Shown: positions 29,844 to 39,711, numbered from the stretch's first letter. The stretch: 64,000 nucleotides of DNA from Trichormus sp. ATA11-4-KO1 (GCA_019358915.1 JAHHIM010000055.1:340904-404903), one strand, 5' to 3'. The notes: a model not told the origin generated them from the sequence alone. Numbers and translations are program-made.

Positions 29844-30848
29844 TCAGAGGCTGGATTTTTTCATGATTTCTTGAGAGTTTTGCTCAATATTTGTCACTAG
29901 CTTGGTAACATCTTCTGGTGTCTTCGCTGCTTTAGCTGGTGGAATAACACTAGGCCAAGCTGCTTTTAGTTCAGTGAAACTCACCTCAATTGCTTTGTGT
30001 GCTTTGGGATTTTCTGGGGCGATTTGGCTAGAAATCCCTTGATACAGTTCATTGGCATAAGCTACAAAGCCACGAGAGTCTTGATATTCAATTGGTGCAG
30101 CTATTTTGCCATTTGCGATCGCTGCTGTATATTCGGCGTTAGCTGCATCTAGTAATTCGTTAATCACCTGGAGGACAAATCCTGGTTTTGAGCGTTGTTC
30201 TGGGGGTAAAGTGGCGATCGCTCCATCAACTGCTTGCATGGAGGCGGCTAAATTAGTTTTCACTTTGGCATCTTTGGGATTAGATTTGACAAAATTTTGC
30301 AAACTCACCAAAGTTGTCTTAAATTCTTTAACTTGACGCTCATTTAATTGCTCTTCTACATCAACATATATCTCTTCAACTGGATGTCCAATATGAGGTT
30401 CCGCTTGTTTTGGCTGATTCTGCTCTAGCAGTTCTTTTGCTACTAAAAGATGTCCTTTCATTAAACTCAATTTAGTCATGTAGTCAACATCTTTAGCTTC
30501 ACCCGTGAGTACCACTTCCTCAACAGTCACCGAGTCTTTAATTTGGTCAAACTGTGCTTGTGTAATCACTTTTTTGGTAACTAAATCTTCAGGACTACCA
30601 TAAGGACGGTTAGCTTGAATTTTGTTTGATAATGCTGGAATGCCCAACTTGGCTTCAAACTTATCCAACTCTGACAAGATAGCAGTATTGATATTGATTT
30701 GAGGTTTACCACCGTGACCACTGTGGCTGACAACTTCTGTGCTTTGGGGACTGGATGGACTTTCTGCGGTTGGTGTACTGTTACAAGCACTGAGAGTAAC
30801 TATCGCCGCAGTAGCGACAGTTAAGCTGACATAACGCAATTTGATCAT
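29844..30848 (-). CDS. Lipoprotein with helix-hairpin-helix-like domain and His/Glu-rich helical domain
   Basis: Lipobox LSAC; ININTA..EL..RPYGSPEDL; GHL..HIGHPVEEIY; EYQDSRGF. Confidence 0.8.
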   Translation of the reverse strand: MIKLRYVSLTVATAAIVTLSACNSTPTAESPSSPQSTEVVSHSGHGGKPQININTAILSELDKFEAKLGIPALSNKIQANRPYGSPEDLVTKKVITQAQFDQIKDSVTVEEVVLTGEAKDVDYMTKLSLMKGHLLVAKELLEQNQPKQAEPHIGHPVEEIYVDVEEQLNERQVKEFKTTLVSLQNFVKSNPKDAKVKTNLAASMQAVDGAIATLPPEQRSKPGFVLQVINELLDAANAEYTAAIANGKIAAPIEYQDSRGFVAYANELYQGISSQIAPENPKAHKAIEVSFTELKAAWPSVIPPAKAAKTPEDVTKLVTNIEQNSQEIMKKSSL

Positions 30849-31004
30849 TTTTGCTCCTGGCAAAATTTTAAAGGTAGTCACTGAAACAGTTCACACTACT
30901 AACAGCAGTTGGTTTGATGCCTTGTCATAGATTTTACTGTTCTATATAATGATATTTTTTGTCAACTAATTGCTGATTAATTAAAGAGAATTTAATAATA
31001 TCTT

Positions 31005-32009
31005 TCAATTCTCAGAACGAGCGATCACGTCAAATTGACCCATGCAACCTTTTTCGGCGATCGCGTCCTGATGAGGGTGAAACATATACTTACCCGGATA
31101 GCGAAAAGCAAATTCTAAAATGTGCCTTTCTGCTACACCCATCGTGATCACATCAGTTTTTTCGCTAGGAGTCAGAGTCATCCCAGACCGATAAACATCA
31201 AAGAAGTTGGCGTGTAAGTGAAATGTCACAGCTGGGTCAAATTCAATAATATTGAGGACATACAGCCGAATCAACTGATCTTGGTAAATGGGGATGGGAT
31301 AATGCATGTAGTGATCAGGCAGACCGTTGAAGGCGTAGTATTCGTTACGGCTATCGTCATTTACGTCATACCCAGCCATAACTAAAACTATCTCATCAGC
31401 CGGGGGACGCGGCGTAGGGGGATCAATAATAAACATCCCGTATAGCCCCTTGGCAATGTGACGGGTAACTGGTTCAATATGGCAATGGTACAAGTGAACG
31501 CCGTAGGGTTCAGCATCAAATTCGTAAATCGTGGCACTGCCATGTTTGACTGGGCGAATACCATCCATTTCTGCTGGGTGAGTGCCATGAAAATGCAGAG
31601 AGTGAGCATGTCCCGCTTGGTTGAGAAACAACACCCGTACGCGATCGCCTTGTTTTGCCCTTAGTGTTGGCCCCGGTATCCGACCGTTTAAATCCCAAAT
31701 ATTGTAGGAGACAGCACTGTTCAGTTGAATTGTAGAAGTACCCGCAGTTAACTGAAATTCGCGAATAGTCCGCCCATTTTCTTGCTTGAGTGTCCCATAA
31801 TTAAACTCTCTCAGCATCTTCATCGGGTTAGCAACGCCTGCAGTTGCTTCCATCTGCAAAGGTGGCACTCTTACTTTTAACTGAGTTTGTAAATTCAGTA
31901 AATGCCAGAGTGCTGCTGCACTCGTCACACCAACACCTGTTAACCCTAGCTTTAGCAGTTGACGACGGCTCCAAAGTTTTTCTTGACCCAGAGCGAAGTT
32001 GTTGGGCAT
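31005..32009 (-). CDS. Tat-exported two-domain multicopper oxidase
   Basis: SRRQLLK Tat signal; HSLHFHG, YHCH..HIAKGLYG, FHLHAN, MFHPH..GCMG copper motifs. Confidence 0.92.
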   Translation of the reverse strand: MPNNFALGQEKLWSRRQLLKLGLTGVGVTSAAALWHLLNLQTQLKVRVPPLQMEATAGVANPMKMLREFNYGTLKQENGRTIREFQLTAGTSTIQLNSAVSYNIWDLNGRIPGPTLRAKQGDRVRVLFLNQAGHAHSLHFHGTHPAEMDGIRPVKHGSATIYEFDAEPYGVHLYHCHIEPVTRHIAKGLYGMFIIDPPTPRPPADEIVLVMAGYDVNDDSRNEYYAFNGLPDHYMHYPIPIYQDQLIRLYVLNIIEFDPAVTFHLHANFFDVYRSGMTLTPSEKTDVITMGVAERHILEFAFRYPGKYMFHPHQDAIAEKGCMGQFDVIARSEN

Positions 32010-32072
32010 GACATGACATTATTAGCACAAACAGTAAAGTTGCTAAAAAGATAGTATGGGATTCAAACTTTA

Positions 32073-32089
32073 TTGTCAATAATTCTCAA
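32073..32089. promoter_or_regulatory. Putative Fur/PerR-type box upstream of the multicopper oxidase cluster
   Basis: TTGTCAATAATTCTCAA, an imperfect AT-rich inverted repeat about 65 nt from the start of an iron-uptake cluster. Confidence 0.5.
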
Positions 32090-32231
32090 CTATCTGCAAA
32101 ATCGGCTTGAGCAGACAATTCCCACCAAAGAAAGTTGTATGATTCACTTTTACTGTAATCAGACTTTGGTATGGAGAATTTTTAATTTTTAATTTTTAAT
32201 TGCTGATCAAGGTATCTGTTGATTTAAACTC

Positions 32232-32318
32232 AGGACTTACGCAGAAGTAACGGCGAACCACAGAGGACACAGAGTACACGGAGGAATGAGAGTTTGAGAG
32301 GTTTTTTGCGTAAGTCCC
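32232..32318. mobile_element. 87-bp MITE (AGGACTTACGCA...TGCGTAAGTCC), same family as 3345-3507
   Basis: 11-bp perfect TIR; shared internal sequence with the 3345 copy. Confidence 0.78.
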
Positions 32319-32361
32319 AAAACTAAGTCGTTAAAATACATCTATTTATGAGGTATGAAGA

Positions 32362-33147
32362 TTGTTAAATATTATTTTTAAATCAAAGCTGGTATCACTA
32401 ATCCTGATAGGGTTTCTCAGCTTTTACATAATCGTGGGAGCATCTACACCAGCTTATGCGATGCACATTATGGAAGGTTACTTACCAGCCAGTTGGGCAA
32501 TTTTTTGGTGGGTGGTAGCGTTACCATTTTTTGCTTTAGGATTGCGATCGCTCACTCGCATCACTAAAGCCAACCCAGAACTAAAATTACTTCTAGCCTT
32601 AGCCGGAGCATTTGCTTTTGTTTTGTCAGCACTGAAACTACCTTCTGTTACAGGTAGTTCTTCCCATCCTACTGGTACAGGATTAGGCGCAGTGCTATTT
32701 GGCCCTTTAGCCATGTCGGTGTTAGGTACTCTGGTTTTGCTGTTTCAAGCGTTGCTGCTAGCGCATGGCGGTTTGACAACACTGGGAGCTAATGCTTTTT
32801 CAATGGCGATCGCTGGCCCATTTGCTGCCTACTGGATATATCATCTGACAAAGCGGTTAACTGGTAAGCAAAGAATCGCCATTTTTTTAGCCGCCGCCTT
32901 AGCTAATTTACTCACTTACATCATTACCTCTGTACAACTGGCCTTAGCTTTTCCTGCGCCTGTGGGTGGGTTTGCAGCCTCATTCGCTAAGTTTGTCGGC
33001 ATTTTTGCCATTACTCAAGTGCCTTTGGCAATTAGTGAAGGATTGCTAACTGTATTAGTGTGGAACTGGTTACAATCCTACACTCCTCAAGAACTCGAAT
33101 TATTAAAATTAATTACAGGGGAAGCTCAAAGCAATGAATCAGTCTAA
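32362..33147 (+). CDS. cbiM: Cobalt ECF transporter S component CbiM (with leader peptide)
   Basis: Signal peptide AYA then [30 protein letters not shown]. Confidence 0.92.
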   Translation: MLNIIFKSKLVSLILIGFLSFYIIVGASTPAYAMHIMEGYLPASWAIFWWVVALPFFALGLRSLTRITKANPELKLLLALAGAFAFVLSALKLPSVTGSSSHPTGTGLGAVLFGPLAMSVLGTLVLLFQALLLAHGGLTTLGANAFSMAIAGPFAAYWIYHLTKRLTGKQRIAIFLAAALANLLTYIITSVQLALAFPAPVGGFAASFAKFVGIFAITQVPLAISEGLLTVLVWNWLQSYTPQELELLKLITGEAQSNESV

Positions 33148-33436
33148 ACCAGGATTGAGTAACTGGCTATTGATATTAGCCGTGATCACTTTAGCAGTTG
33201 CACCCTTAATATTTATTCGGGGTGCAGAATTTGCTGGTGCAGATGGACAAGCTGAAGCAGCAATTGGGGAAGTGCAGCCTGAATACAAACCTTGGTTTAA
33301 ACCTGTTTTTGAACCACCTAGCGGTGAAGTAGAAAGCTTATTATTCACCTCACAAGCTGCTTTGGGTGCTGGAGTAATTGGTTATGTGATCGGATTATAT
33401 AAGGAGCGTGAACGCCAGCAAAGGAATAAGGAATGA
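33134..33436 (+). CDS. cbiN: Cobalt transporter CbiN
   Basis: [33 protein letters not shown]. Confidence 0.92.
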   Translation: MNQSKPGLSNWLLILAVITLAVAPLIFIRGAEFAGADGQAEAAIGEVQPEYKPWFKPVFEPPSGEVESLLFTSQAALGAGVIGYVIGLYKERERQQRNKE

Positions 33437-34221
33437 CTCTGCAAATAGATGCTCTGGCTTATACTAATCGGTTGCGATGGTTAGCGCCAGAGCAAAAAAT
33501 ATTATTGGCGATCGCCTTATTAATTCTCACTGCTTTTACCCATCCCCCAATACAGATTTTAATTGCCATCTGGATGAGTACTTGGACGGTCATTTATGCC
33601 AGGATTCCCCTAAAAATATATTTAAAACTAGTTTATATTGCTACTTTTTTCTGGTTAACAAGTTTACTAGCTTTAGTAATTAATGGTATACATCTTGATC
33701 ACCTGAAGATTATTGAAAATGATGCCATAATCGGGTTAAATTTTGGCTCTTATTATATATACATCAGTAATCAGGGAATCGAGCAAGGATGGACAATTCT
33801 AACACGAGCGATCGCTTCACTTGCTTGCTTGTATTTTGTCATGTTAACTATCCCATTCACTGAACTTTTACAAACCTTGAGACGCTTTGGTTTTCCCGTG
33901 CTATTAACAGATATTTTATTATTAATGTACCGTTTTATTTTCGTTTTATTAAACACAGCTTCCGAAATCTGGATTGCTCAACAGTCTCGTGGTGGCTACT
34001 GCACCTTTAGAATTGGGATAAAAAGTTTATCGCTGTTAATTGGACAACTACTCAAGCGCACCTTAGAAAACTATCGTCAAGTCTCTTTAAGTTTAGCCTC
34101 ACGTGGCTTTAATGGCGAATTTAAAGTTTGGCATCCTTATCGCTATCATCTCTCCAAACGCTATGCCATAGAAGCAATTGTTGGATATTTAATTTTACTA
34201 GGATTAGAATTAAAAATTTAA
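33433..34221 (+). CDS. cbiQ: Cobalt ECF transporter T component CbiQ
   Basis: LMYRFIFVL, AQQSRGG, LASRGFNG motifs; operon context. Confidence 0.9.
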   Translation: MTLQIDALAYTNRLRWLAPEQKILLAIALLILTAFTHPPIQILIAIWMSTWTVIYARIPLKIYLKLVYIATFFWLTSLLALVINGIHLDHLKIIENDAIIGLNFGSYYIYISNQGIEQGWTILTRAIASLACLYFVMLTIPFTELLQTLRRFGFPVLLTDILLLMYRFIFVLLNTASEIWIAQQSRGGYCTFRIGIKSLSLLIGQLLKRTLENYRQVSLSLASRGFNGEFKVWHPYRYHLSKRYAIEAIVGYLILLGLELKI

Positions 34222-34299
34222 TTGACCTCATTCAGTGCTGAGTGCTGAGTCAAAAGCAGAAGAAGGAAGGACTTTCGCACTCGGTACAAGCCCCGCCCC

Positions 34300-34402
34300 T
34301 TGTGGTCACTGAGCCTTGCCGAAATGTGGGCGGAACTTATTACTGTCAGAAGATTGATACCACGCGAATTGTGGTCACTGAGCCTTGCCGAAGTGTGGGC
34401 GG
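34300..34402. repeat. Two 34-bp direct repeats (1 mismatch) separated by 35 bp, inside a heptamer-bounded element
   Basis: TTGTGGTCACTGAGCCTTGCCGAA(A/G)TGTGGGCGG at 34300-34333 and 34369-34402. Confidence 0.85.
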
Positions 34403-34551
34403 TTTTTTAACTCAGCGCTCTTCACATATCATATAATTTTTAAGATAACCTAAAACTTATCTTTATTCTTTCTTGGCTAGCTTGATGGTTATTTTAAAAT
34501 GCATATTTCCTAAATAATTAGCCTGTAAGCCTTGATAAAAATAGCATAATC

Positions 34552-35382
34552 ATGCAGCAATCATTACTAGAATTTGAGCAAGTACAATACACCTATCCAG
34601 GTACACAACAATTAGCCTTAAATAACTTAACACTAAAAATTCCAGCCAAAAAAAAATGTGCATTAATAGGTCAAAATGGTTGTGGTAAAACCACACTATT
34701 TTTATTAGCTAATGGTTTATACATACCCCAAAAAGGAAATATCAAATGGCAAAGTCAGCCGCTAAAATATGACCGACAATCATTAATACAATTACGTCAA
34801 AAAGTTGGGCTAATTTTTCAAGATCCAGAGCAACAATTGGTAGCCTCAACTGTAGAAGAAGATATATCTTACGGTTTATGTAATTTGGGATTACCAATAG
34901 CAGAAATTCAACAGCGCATTGAACAAGCCTTAGTTGAGTTTGGACTAACTGAACTAGCCCAAAGACCTGTACATCATCTCAGTTTGGGTCAAAAAAAACG
35001 AGTTTCTATTGCTGATGTCATGGTGCTAAAACCAGAACTGTTATTACTAGATGAACCGACAGCATATCTAGATAGGTTGCATACTCGTAACCTGATGTCA
35101 ACCCTAAAAAATATTCATACATCTGGTACAACGATATTAATGGCAACCCATGACCTAGATTTAGTTTATCGTTGGGCAGATTGGGTATTTGTCATGGATA
35201 GAGGACAACTTATTTTAGAAGGAAATCCCCAAGAGGTGTTTAACCAACGAAATATTCTTGAAGAATTACAGTTAGGAGTACCACTGCTATATGAAGTGTT
35301 ATCTGCTGAAGAATTAGCCACAGACAAAACAGATGGAAAACAATTACGGCAAAAGATATTGAATTTATTTCCTTACTTTTAG
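34552..35382 (+). CDS. cbiO: ECF transporter ATPase CbiO
   Basis: GQNGCGKT, FQDPEQQL, LSLGQKKR, LLDEPT. Confidence 0.9.
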   Translation: MQQSLLEFEQVQYTYPGTQQLALNNLTLKIPAKKKCALIGQNGCGKTTLFLLANGLYIPQKGNIKWQSQPLKYDRQSLIQLRQKVGLIFQDPEQQLVASTVEEDISYGLCNLGLPIAEIQQRIEQALVEFGLTELAQRPVHHLSLGQKKRVSIADVMVLKPELLLLDEPTAYLDRLHTRNLMSTLKNIHTSGTTILMATHDLDLVYRWADWVFVMDRGQLILEGNPQEVFNQRNILEELQLGVPLLYEVLSAEELATDKTDGKQLRQKILNLFPYF

Positions 35383-35690
35383 TCTGACCATATTCACTTC
35401 CAGGATATGAAATTTTATGATGTGAATAATTTATTTGAATAATGCCCTAAAATTTCAAGATTTAACCAACTTTTAACGCTAAACTAAAAATAAACTTAAC
35501 ATAATTTAATAACTTAATAAATAAGTATATTATTTGACGTAGATTTTATTGTTCACTTTCCCTGGTGAACACTATAAAATCCCCCAATAGGGCATTGAAA
35601 AAGAGACAGGAATTCTGTTTTCTATTAATTTAATGCCGTAATTACATTGTTTAAATTGTGTGAATCTACACATTCAATACAGGACACATT

Positions 35691-36614
35691 ATGCATATTC
35701 CTGATGGGTTTATTTCTGCTCCCGTGGCTGGAGTGACTGGTTTAGCAAGTGCGATCGCACTTGTAATTGCCTGTGGGCGATCGCAAGAAGCCTTTGGTAT
35801 CCGTCGTGCCCCCATACTCGGTTTAACCACTGCTTTTATTTTTGCTGCTCAGATGGTCAATTTTCCGGTGGCAGGTGGCACTAGTGGTCACTTGTTGGGG
35901 GGAACCTTAGCAGCGATCGTTTTGGGCAGTCCCTGGGCGGGAATGCTATGTATTGCCACAGTTTTCATTATTCAAGCTGTGCTATTTGCCGATGGTGGCA
36001 TCACAGCCTTGGGCGCGAATATTTTGAATGCGGGAGTAATTGCCGTTTGGGTGGGCTGGGTGTTAACCCAAACCTTACAACGGCTATTTGGCGGATCTCA
36101 AGGGCGTTTACCTCTGGCAGCTGGCATTGCTGCTGGTGTCAGCGTAGTTGTGGCATCTGTAGCCTGTGCTATTGAGTTAGTTCTTTCTGGAACTGCATCC
36201 GCAGCCATAGTTTTACCAGCTATGACTGGAGTACATATTCTGATTGGCGTTGGCGAAGGATTAATTACTGGAGGCGTGCTAGCTTACTTGGCTACAGCCA
36301 GACCGGATTTGCTACCAGGGGAGCAGCAGCAATTTCAAGGATGGTTAGTACCTGTCGTCAGTATTTTATTAGTTGCCGGTGTGTTCTCTTTGGCGGCTTC
36401 AGGGTGGCCTGACGGTTTGGAAAGAGTTGCCGAAGACGTAGGTTTTATAGATTTAGCCGAGCAAGTGCGAATAGAAGTGCCAACGCCTTTAGCTGACTAT
36501 GGGATCGAAGGTTTAGAGCAAATTGGCACGAGTATTGCCGGATTAGTGGGATCGGCGGTTTGCTTTGCTGTGGCCTTTGGAATTGCCAAAGTCATGAAAC
36601 CGAAAAATGCTTAA
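35691..36614 (+). CDS. CbiM/NikM S component fused to a PDGLE (NikN-like) domain
   Basis: N-terminal MHIPDGF without leader; GTSGHLLGG; C-terminal WPDGLERVA. Confidence 0.9.
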   Translation: MHIPDGFISAPVAGVTGLASAIALVIACGRSQEAFGIRRAPILGLTTAFIFAAQMVNFPVAGGTSGHLLGGTLAAIVLGSPWAGMLCIATVFIIQAVLFADGGITALGANILNAGVIAVWVGWVLTQTLQRLFGGSQGRLPLAAGIAAGVSVVVASVACAIELVLSGTASAAIVLPAMTGVHILIGVGEGLITGGVLAYLATARPDLLPGEQQQFQGWLVPVVSILLVAGVFSLAASGWPDGLERVAEDVGFIDLAEQVRIEVPTPLADYGIEGLEQIGTSIAGLVGSAVCFAVAFGIAKVMKPKNA

Positions 36615-37260
36615 AATTGCCTTGCCGTTACGTTTGCAGCTGTCTTTAGTAATTGTAGTAGGGGCAGCTTTACTAAAACAAGGTGCCTGGCCTTGGCTGG
36701 CTGTATATGGGGCGATCGCTCTTTTTTGGGCAGGAGTCTTGCGCGTACCAATTCTCCAGTTGGGAGGACTACTGGGTACAGAACTGATTTTCCTCTCATT
36801 CATGGCATTACCCTTGGGATGGGAGCGAGCTAGTTTTTTGTTGGTGCGTTCCCTTGTTTGTTTAATCACTATGAACAGTTTTTTGTTAACTTTGCCGCCG
36901 CATAGTTTCGGTATTGCCCTCAAAAGCTTGCCTGTACCCGTACCCATCAAAGTAAATTTACTGTTGGCTGGACAATACCTAGAAATTTTGTTAGCAGAAG
37001 TAACACGAATGCAGCGCAGCGCTCAATTACGAGGTTTAAATGGTACGGTGGGATGGTTACGCTACACTAGTGCTGCCATGATTGGAGCCTTGTATCTCCG
37101 CACTCTAGACAGGGCAGAGCGAGTTTATGCAGCCATGATAATTCGGGGTTACAACGGGCAATTACCTGTAGATTCGCCATTTAGACCAAAAGAGCGTTTT
37201 GCCTTATTAGTAGCTTGGGCGATCGCTGCTTGTTTGACCATAACTTCTTACAGAATTTAG
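36607..37260 (+). CDS. ECF T component (CbiQ/NikQ)
   Basis: RMQRSAQLRG, RAERVYAAMIIRGY. Confidence 0.88.
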   Translation: MLKIALPLRLQLSLVIVVGAALLKQGAWPWLAVYGAIALFWAGVLRVPILQLGGLLGTELIFLSFMALPLGWERASFLLVRSLVCLITMNSFLLTLPPHSFGIALKSLPVPVPIKVNLLLAGQYLEILLAEVTRMQRSAQLRGLNGTVGWLRYTSAAMIGALYLRTLDRAERVYAAMIIRGYNGQLPVDSPFRPKERFALLVAWAIAACLTITSYRI

Positions 37261-37270
37261 TGCAGGTATC

Positions 37271-38026
37271 TTGAAATTTTTGACTTTTGATCCCCAAATT
37301 TCCCCAGGTAATCCAGTAGTTGAAGTACAAAATCTGGTGTATGCCTATACTAATCAGGAACCAGTATTGCAAGAACTTTCATTTACCTTGAATGTAGGCG
37401 ATCGCGTAGCATTGATGGGCGCAACTGGTTCTGGTAAAAGTACCTTATTAGAAAATTTAATTGGCTTAAAACAACCGCGATCGGGCAAAATTTTCATTAA
37501 TGGCATTCCAGTAGCACCAAAAACTCTTCCCCAAGTGCGCCGTTACATCGGTTTTGGTTTTCAAGATGCCAACGACCAACTATTTATGCCTACCATCTTG
37601 GAAGATATTACCTTTGGTCCCCGTAATTACGGTGTGCCACCAACCGTGGCTATTGATCGGGCCAGGCAGTTGTTAGCAGATTTTGGTCTAGAAGCCTACG
37701 CTAATCGTTCCGCCCACGAACTATCTGGAGGACAAAGAAGACTTGCTGCTTTAGCGGCAATTTTAGCCCTAGAGCCGACAATTTTGATTTTAGATGAACC
37801 GACTAACGGTCTTGATCCGTCATGGCGGAGGCATTTGGCGCAAGTATTGTTAAAGTTGCCAGTACAAGTAATGTTAATTGCTTCCCATGAATTACATTGG
37901 TTGGGGAAAGTTACTCAACGTGCTTTGGTACTATCTGGTGGTCGCATTCAAGTAGACACGGATATTCAACCACTTTTACAAGAGAAAGATACTTTAGACC
38001 AGTTGGGTCTACCCGTAGATTGGTAA
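37271..38026 (+). CDS. ECF ATPase (CbiO/NikO)
   Basis: GATGSGKS, FQDANDQLF, LSGGQRR, LDEPT. Confidence 0.9.
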   Translation: MKFLTFDPQISPGNPVVEVQNLVYAYTNQEPVLQELSFTLNVGDRVALMGATGSGKSTLLENLIGLKQPRSGKIFINGIPVAPKTLPQVRRYIGFGFQDANDQLFMPTILEDITFGPRNYGVPPTVAIDRARQLLADFGLEAYANRSAHELSGGQRRLAALAAILALEPTILILDEPTNGLDPSWRRHLAQVLLKLPVQVMLIASHELHWLGKVTQRALVLSGGRIQVDTDIQPLLQEKDTLDQLGLPVDW

Positions 38027-38058
38027 AGTGATTACTAAAAAACTGAATTATTTGCTAA

Positions 38059-38156
38059 TATAGCAGTCGCCACTTAGCTTAGGACGTAAACTAATTAGCA
38101 AACCCTTATGTAAACCAACTTTCAAGCCTTTTCTCTATCCCCTGTCCCCTGCTATA
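38059..38156. mobile_element. MITE with TATAGCAG...CTGCTATA ends; inverted relative at 47702-47785
   Basis: Shared TTAGGAC(G/A)TAAACTAATTA(G/T)CAAACCCT and CCTGTCCCCTGCTATA. Confidence 0.75.
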
Positions 38157-38168
38157 TTTCGGGTATGA

Positions 38169-38645
38169 ATGTCTGTGTGGCGTAAATATATTGTTATTGC
38201 TCCTGTTAGTCTGAGTATTGCTTTACTAGGTAGTAGTTGTGAGGATCAAGTCTCTCAATGTCAGCGACTGATTCAGGTAGTGAATGAAGGAAACGCTCTA
38301 ATTGACCAAAACAAAGGACAGCAGGTAGTAACAAGTTTGCAACTATCTAAAGATTTGGTAGCCATTACTAGATCCTTAGAAGAACTGAACTTGTCAGATC
38401 CTAATTTACAAGCATTTCAAAGCAGTTTTACAAGCGTGTTTGAGAATCTCAGTCAAGCGATCGCTAAGGCGGCTAAAGCTTTGGGTACAGCTAAAAATGC
38501 AGAAGCATCACCAGCAGGTAGGGAAAAACTACAAAAAGCTAGAACAGAAATTGATACAGCACTGACATCAGCCGCTAAAACTGCTGGCAAAAAATCAGAT
38601 GCATTAGTCGATGATCTGAATAAATACTGCGGTCAGACTGATTGA
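38169..38645 (+). CDS. Hypothetical helical lipoprotein
   Basis: Signal peptide with GSSC lipobox-like site; helical, Cys near both ends. Confidence 0.8.
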   Translation: MSVWRKYIVIAPVSLSIALLGSSCEDQVSQCQRLIQVVNEGNALIDQNKGQQVVTSLQLSKDLVAITRSLEELNLSDPNLQAFQSSFTSVFENLSQAIAKAAKALGTAKNAEASPAGREKLQKARTEIDTALTSAAKTAGKKSDALVDDLNKYCGQTD

Positions 38646-38764
38646 TGTCACTCAGTACACAAATGCAGAGTGCTTACTAGTTTACTCAGCACTGAATTAA
38701 ATATCCTTCTTCAGAAATTTGCCATTGGGAAATTGATGTTATAAATTGGTGCTCACAAGTTTGA

Positions 38765-38947
38765 ATGGCAAATTTATTACCCATGACAACCACACAGATT
38801 AATTCCCAGACACAAGAAAAAAAATCCACTAAGAAGAAACAAGCATTTCCTCGCATGGATATTGGTACTCCAAAAGTCCCACTCCGCACTCCCAACCAGA
38901 CGAAACAACAGCATGAATTACTCAGTGACTGGGATCACGCGAGTTAA
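38765..38947 (+). CDS. Small hypothetical protein
   Basis: 60 aa, protein-like composition, fills the gap between genes; ends ELLSDWDHAS. Confidence 0.5.
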   Translation: MANLLPMTTTQINSQTQEKKSTKKKQAFPRMDIGTPKVPLRTPNQTKQQHELLSDWDHAS

Positions 38948-38951
38948 TTTG

Positions 38952-39533
38952 TTACTTTAAATTCCACTCACACAATTGAGAAGGAGGTGTCATGCGAGGA
39001 CGATTATATTGATAAAATCCCTCAATATTCAATGAAGCCTTACGGTATAAAATTCTTTTAACAGCATCCTCATCATTATTGGCGCTATGCGTGATATTTC
39101 CTTGACTGAGTGTCAAGCGCCCTTCTGAATCCCACTTAAATGCAGATTGAGGTATTTTATGTTGGTGATTTCCACCCCATAATATCTCTAGAGCTTCACC
39201 AGCAATCTGATTTTTATCTACTGTCCCCTGAATACAAATAAAGTTATCTGAGTGAGGATAGCCATAATATCCATCAACGTGATTCCCAGCTTTCTGAAAA
39301 TTTAAACACACTCCTGCCCCATCTCGCCAGTCTTGGGGATCAGGTTGACTACAAAACTGGTAGTTACCATCTGTTAAATCAGCAATGTTTACTGATTGGG
39401 CTGCAAGCCAAAAGTTTTCATTGGGAAAAAATAGAATTTGTTGACCTTTAACTTGGCTGTAAGAAATTAGGGAACCTACTAATAAGGCTATGAATACTCC
39501 ACCCCACTGCAAAAAATTTCCTCTAATGTGCAT
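38952..39533 (-). CDS. Hypothetical secreted protein
   Basis: GGAGG RBS before ATG 39533; signal peptide; DGNYQFCSQP..GVCLNFQK..GYYGYPHSD..CIQG. Confidence 0.8.
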   Translation of the reverse strand: MHIRGNFLQWGGVFIALLVGSLISYSQVKGQQILFFPNENFWLAAQSVNIADLTDGNYQFCSQPDPQDWRDGAGVCLNFQKAGNHVDGYYGYPHSDNFICIQGTVDKNQIAGEALEILWGGNHQHKIPQSAFKWDSEGRLTLSQGNITHSANNDEDAVKRILYRKASLNIEGFYQYNRPRMTPPSQLCEWNLK

Positions 39534-39597
39534 TATTTCACCTCCAAAGATTGGGGAGGTTGGCATTATTGGGATATGGAGAATAATTGGCTAATTT

Positions 39598-39711
39598 TTA
39601 AACAGCTGGTGCAGCAGAAACTACCAACAATACTAGCATTACCAAAATTAATATACTGATTTTGACAATTAGATAATTGGTAGGGTCAGATAATGAAAAA
39701 TTGTAAATCAT
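39598..39711 (-). CDS. 37-aa single-TM small protein (below the ORF-track cutoff)
   Basis: GGAGGTGTAAG-ATG; MIYNFSLSDPTNYLIVKISILILVMLVLLVVSAAPAV*. Confidence 0.5.
   Translation of the reverse strand: MIYNFSLSDPTNYLIVKISILILVMLVLLVVSAAPAV

Noticed and set aside
34300..34402. Possible mini-CRISPR array (34-bp repeats, 35-bp spacer)
   Set aside because: Only two repeats, no cas genes or leader, ends unlike typical cyanobacterial CRISPR repeats; better explained as a small dispersed repeat inside REP-like hairpins
34242..34436. 64-aa ORF with duplicated VVTEPCR.VGG
   Set aside because: The duplication is simply the translated DNA repeat
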